Below, piece by piece: positions 15,443 through 18,453 of a DNA stretch of 18,453 bases. Numbering within the stretch: position 1 is the stretch's first letter; every line of letters starts with the position of its first letter. The stretch is taken from NCBI GenBank assembly GCA_038874215.1, contig JAVZCV010000024.1, positions 1 through 18,453 on the forward strand, written 5' to 3'. The stretch is from Candidatus Micrarchaeia archaeon (GTDB lineage: Archaea; Micrarchaeota; Micrarchaeia; Burarchaeales; JAVZCV01). The notes under the pieces are model-generated. The model ran no database searches, had not been told where the DNA came from, and saw nothing but the letters and a program-made list of their open reading frames with translations. The position numbers and the translations under genes are program-made.

Positions 15443-18043
15443 ATGGCGGAAGAAAAGCGCTTCAGGCTTGCTCCAAAAAAACATTTCTCATATATCGTGA
15501 ATGGCAGGGTTGTAAAAAGGGTTGACCGTGTTGATGGAGAAGTTCTCATAGAGGCGCTAAGGGATGGTATCAGGGAGATACTCAAACCTGGGAGCGGGGG
15601 AAAAGGAAAACCAACGATCACCGCTAGCTCTTTAAAAGCGGCAAAGCGCATAATAACTTTTTTTGTGCTTGGCATCATGCTTGCTTTATCCCTGCTTTTC
15701 CTCTATCTGTGGCTGTTTGTGTTTTCGCAAGGGCCACCTCCTCCACCACAGGTCTACAACCCAATTTTGCAAACCTCACTGATTCGCGGCGGTATCGTTT
15801 CGTATGCATCCAGCGGATCTCTGGCTCCCTATCTTGTAATAAATTATAGCGGAAGCGATATGCGCTTTATAAACACGTCCGCATACCTGTTTGAGAAAGA
15901 GCCACCGAAGCAAGTGCTCCTGGTAAAACCAGAAGGGGCATTTAAGCCATCCTCCTATGAAGATTTTGCGGTTGCCCTATCAACCTACCTAAAAAACCAC
16001 GATATCTTTTACCGCGGCGAAGTGCTCGCAAGCGAGCTTGAGGGAATTTTCACTCCATCGGTAATAGTAATCACATCCCCTTTTATACCTCGTGAGTTCG
16101 TTGATGCCAACTCCCCCATTTTTCTTAAGAAACTCGCAAAAAAAGGAAATGTCATCTTCTACATCGGCTATAATTTCTCCACCGTGATATATAACGATGC
16201 ACCGTACTCATTCAATCTTTCAGAGATAGAAGAGGAGCTTGGTATATCTTTCAGCGAAAGGCCCATCCCTATCAAAAGCAGGTTTAGGATGAATGAACCG
16301 CTCTATTCTGTAAAAAAGACAAGTTCCGACGTTATTTCTATAGACAATATGTTCTATGCAACCGATATGGGTACGGATGGCGCATTAGTTTTAGTTCCGC
16401 AGAAGCTTGACAATGGGTGGCGCAATGCCACAGACGCCGCAGAGGATATTGGCTATCTCATCTACAGCGTTTCATGGCAACCCGTTCTCTCCTCCGGGAG
16501 ATTCTCGGTGGAATTAGAAAAGCCTGGCAAACTTGAATTCACAGACTCAGTTTTCCTTCTGAGCACCCCAAAAGAAGTAAGAGCAGAGGAGGGCTACGTA
16601 GTTGCTTATATAATGGGAACATCATGGGATAATAAGACTATTGAGAGGAAGATAACGGCACCTATAAAAATTGAAGGAAGCGGGTCGCTTGTTCACAATC
16701 CAAACGCAATAAATGGCACAGTTCTGCCTATAACCTTTACAGTGAGACCCAACTTCACCGAGAATACTCCGATAAGACTCATATTCAAAACTTCAAATTC
16801 CTCAAACGCAATCGTAGACCTGCAATATTTCAGGAAGGGCGAACCTATAACAGTCAGAAACTCCCCATTTACCTATGACTTTGATTACGTTGTAGACCTA
16901 GCGGATGGAGACTACATAATACGGCTTGTTGACGAATCCGAGCATATATATGCATCCTCCTACCTCCACATCCCCGTTATTCGGGTTAAACCGATAACTA
17001 CGGATTGGGCGCAGAGCTCTCAAAGCAAGGCAACGCAGGTTTTTTTCAAGATTACGAGTGATGATAAACCGATTGATAAGCCGAACATCGTTGTCTCATA
17101 CGACAATAAGGGAGAAGTCAAAGTGAAGGAAGCACGAGAAGAAATGCTTCCAGACATCAATGCTAAAGGTTTTGGCGCATGGTATAACCGCGAGGGGTTC
17201 TTGGAGATTTTCATAGTCGGCTTGCCAGAAGAAACTACACACAATTTTACAATAATGTTTCCAGGCAAAACCATTAAGCTCAATAAAAGTTTCAGAGTTA
17301 TACGGAGCCCGTACGAGCAGCCATGGTTCTACGGCATTCTTATTATAACGGCCTTTGTGGTGATAATCGGGATTCTATTCAAGAGAAGAGAAAAAGAGCT
17401 TTACTCAATAGACGTGCCAGATTTCCCACCGATGAAGCGGAATGCGATACCGATTCCCAAAGTCGTAGTTCTATCGCTTTTTGACCAACTGAACACGGAA
17501 TATAAATGGAAATACATGCCCCTTACAATCCAGGAGATACAAGCTGGTTTCAGAAAGATAATCTACAAAGGCAACCCAGTTAACATAACAGAATTCAACG
17601 CGAAGCAGATTCTTGATACTCTCGTAAAGGAAGGTCTTGTTTTTAAGGAGCTTGGGCTGTACGGCTTGAAGAAGTGGGAGACAGAGTCTGGTAAGTCTGC
17701 GTCATACCTCGCCATTTTCCGCCTTCTCCGCACCCTATTCATAAACCACACCATACCCTTCACGGACATAAACCAAAGAAAAGACTGCGATACGATGATA
17801 ACCACGCCCGTAGGCCATGTTTTCATACACATTTATGAGGGAGAGGAAACGCTTGCAAGAGTTCTTCGCTGTGTATCCTCGGGCACAAACATAATTATAT
17901 TTAGAGATAAAGAAACCCTTGAAAAATTCAAAAAGTGGCTTGACGGCTCGGTAAAAACAATATCGCTTATGATTAAGCTTGAGCATAGCAGAGGCAAAAT
18001 TACATTTATGACTGTTGACAAGGTTGTTAACCTGCTTATATAA
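15443..18043 (+). CDS. Large two-TM membrane/surface glycoprotein of unknown function with a cytoplasmic wHTH-like C-terminal region
   Basis: Hydrophobic segments at about aa 70-94 and 628-646, each flanked by basic residues on the inferred cytoplasmic side. PPPPP linker after TM1, and 11 N-x-S/T sequons between the TMs. TATTTAAA at 15402. Confidence 0.85.
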   Translation: MAEEKRFRLAPKKHFSYIVNGRVVKRVDRVDGEVLIEALRDGIREILKPGSGGKGKPTITASSLKAAKRIITFFVLGIMLALSLLFLYLWLFVFSQGPPPPPQVYNPILQTSLIRGGIVSYASSGSLAPYLVINYSGSDMRFINTSAYLFEKEPPKQVLLVKPEGAFKPSSYEDFAVALSTYLKNHDIFYRGEVLASELEGIFTPSVIVITSPFIPREFVDANSPIFLKKLAKKGNVIFYIGYNFSTVIYNDAPYSFNLSEIEEELGISFSERPIPIKSRFRMNEPLYSVKKTSSDVISIDNMFYATDMGTDGALVLVPQKLDNGWRNATDAAEDIGYLIYSVSWQPVLSSGRFSVELEKPGKLEFTDSVFLLSTPKEVRAEEGYVVAYIMGTSWDNKTIERKITAPIKIEGSGSLVHNPNAINGTVLPITFTVRPNFTENTPIRLIFKTSNSSNAIVDLQYFRKGEPITVRNSPFTYDFDYVVDLADGDYIIRLVDESEHIYASSYLHIPVIRVKPITTDWAQSSQSKATQVFFKITSDDKPIDKPNIVVSYDNKGEVKVKEAREEMLPDINAKGFGAWYNREGFLEIFIVGLPEETTHNFTIMFPGKTIKLNKSFRVIRSPYEQPWFYGILIITAFVVIIGILFKRREKELYSIDVPDFPPMKRNAIPIPKVVVLSLFDQLNTEYKWKYMPLTIQEIQAGFRKIIYKGNPVNITEFNAKQILDTLVKEGLVFKELGLYGLKKWETESGKSASYLAIFRLLRTLFINHTIPFTDINQRKDCDTMITTPVGHVFIHIYEGEETLARVLRCVSSGTNIIIFRDKETLEKFKKWLDGSVKTISLMIKLEHSRGKITFMTVDKVVNLLI

Positions 18044-18070
18044 AAGACGCTAGACATCGGGTAGGGATAT

Positions 18071-18095
18071 AAAATAGAATGCGTACATCTATTTT
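18071..18095. promoter_or_regulatory. 8-bp inverted repeat between TATA box and start codon (candidate operator)
   Basis: AAAATAGA-N9-TCTATTTT, overlapping GATATAAAA (about 18066-18074) and ending 1 nt before ATG 18097. Confidence 0.4.
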
Positions 18096-18096
18096 G

Positions 18097-18453
18097 ATGC
18101 CTGGCGAGATAAAGACAGAAATAGACATCATCCTGCAATTGCTGAGGGAAAGAGGAAAGGTTAAACTAAGCGAAATATCGCGCGAGTTTGGTATAGACGA
18201 GGAAATACTTGAGAAGTGGGCCGAGATACTTGATTACAGGGGGGTTGCGAAAATAGAATATGGTATAGATGGCACATATCTGGGCTTGGTGAAGGAGGAA
18301 AAAGACAAGCAAGCTGGCGAAATATTAGAAGACATAAAGAAAAAACGCGCACTTCTCCTCAAAAAAGAAGAACAAATCCGCAAAAAGCTCCTTGAAGCCC
18401 GCGCAAAAGAACAAGAAGTCTCCCGAATAGCAGAAGAACTCAGCAAGAAAGAG
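18097..18453 (+). CDS. Winged-helix N-terminal domain followed by coiled coil, partial (runs off window); absent from the ORF track
   Basis: Manual translation: MPGEIKTEIDIILQLLRERGKVKLSEISREFGIDEEILEKWAEILDYRGVAKIEYGIDGTYLGLVKEEKDKQAGEILEDIKKKRALLLKKEEQIRKKLLEARAKEQEVSRIAEELSKKE, with no stop. Alternative in-frame ATG at 18079. Confidence 0.85.
   Translation, partial: MPGEIKTEIDIILQLLRERGKVKLSEISREFGIDEEILEKWAEILDYRGVAKIEYGIDGTYLGLVKEEKDKQAGEILEDIKKKRALLLKKEEQIRKKLLEARAKEQEVSRIAEELSKKE

Noticed and set aside
4641-17986. Remaining antisense or alternative-frame ORFs in the track (e.g. 5938-6435, 7302-7814, 10439-10894, 11278-11667, 14185-14739, 15109-15678)
   Set aside because: Each largely overlaps a better-supported gene on the opposite strand and lacks recognisable motifs.
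18161-18446. Minus-strand ORFs 18161-18352 and 18234-18446
   Set aside because: Antisense to the plus-strand wHTH/coiled-coil ORF, which has far more protein-like sequence.
1-18453. CRISPR array, tRNA/rRNA, transposase or integrase
   Set aside because: No regularly spaced repeats, cloverleaf or mobile-element ORF seen; intergenic gaps are all under about 115 bp.

Overview
Gene-dense archaeal chromosomal window. TATA/BRE-type promoters, GGAGGTGA/GGTGA Shine-Dalgarno motifs, and archaeal Pth2, NurA-HerA, KaiC-V4R and AbrB-PhoU support this; a DPANN/Micrarchaeota-like origin is only an inference. The left end carries the first four genes of a type III-A (Csm) CRISPR-Cas effector operon on the minus strand: cas10-csm2-csm3-csm4, with csm4 running off the window and no array visible. 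The ORF track misses csm4 and truncates cas10: the HD motif lies upstream of the called GTG, and the likely start is a non-canonical ATT behind a strong SD. Next come pth2, ilvE, a partial trp cluster (trpD-trpC-HD hydrolase), an AT-rich kaiC-like ATPase / V4R / UbiA-prenyltransferase operon divergent from arsM, an 89-aa orphan, an AbrB-PhoU regulator and nurA-herA. The window ends with an 866-aa two-TM surface protein with a cytoplasmic wHTH-like tail and a partial wHTH/coiled-coil gene. The most interesting candidates are the KaiC-V4R-UbiA module, the ATT-initiated Cas10 with a divergent Csm4, and the membrane protein / wHTH pair.
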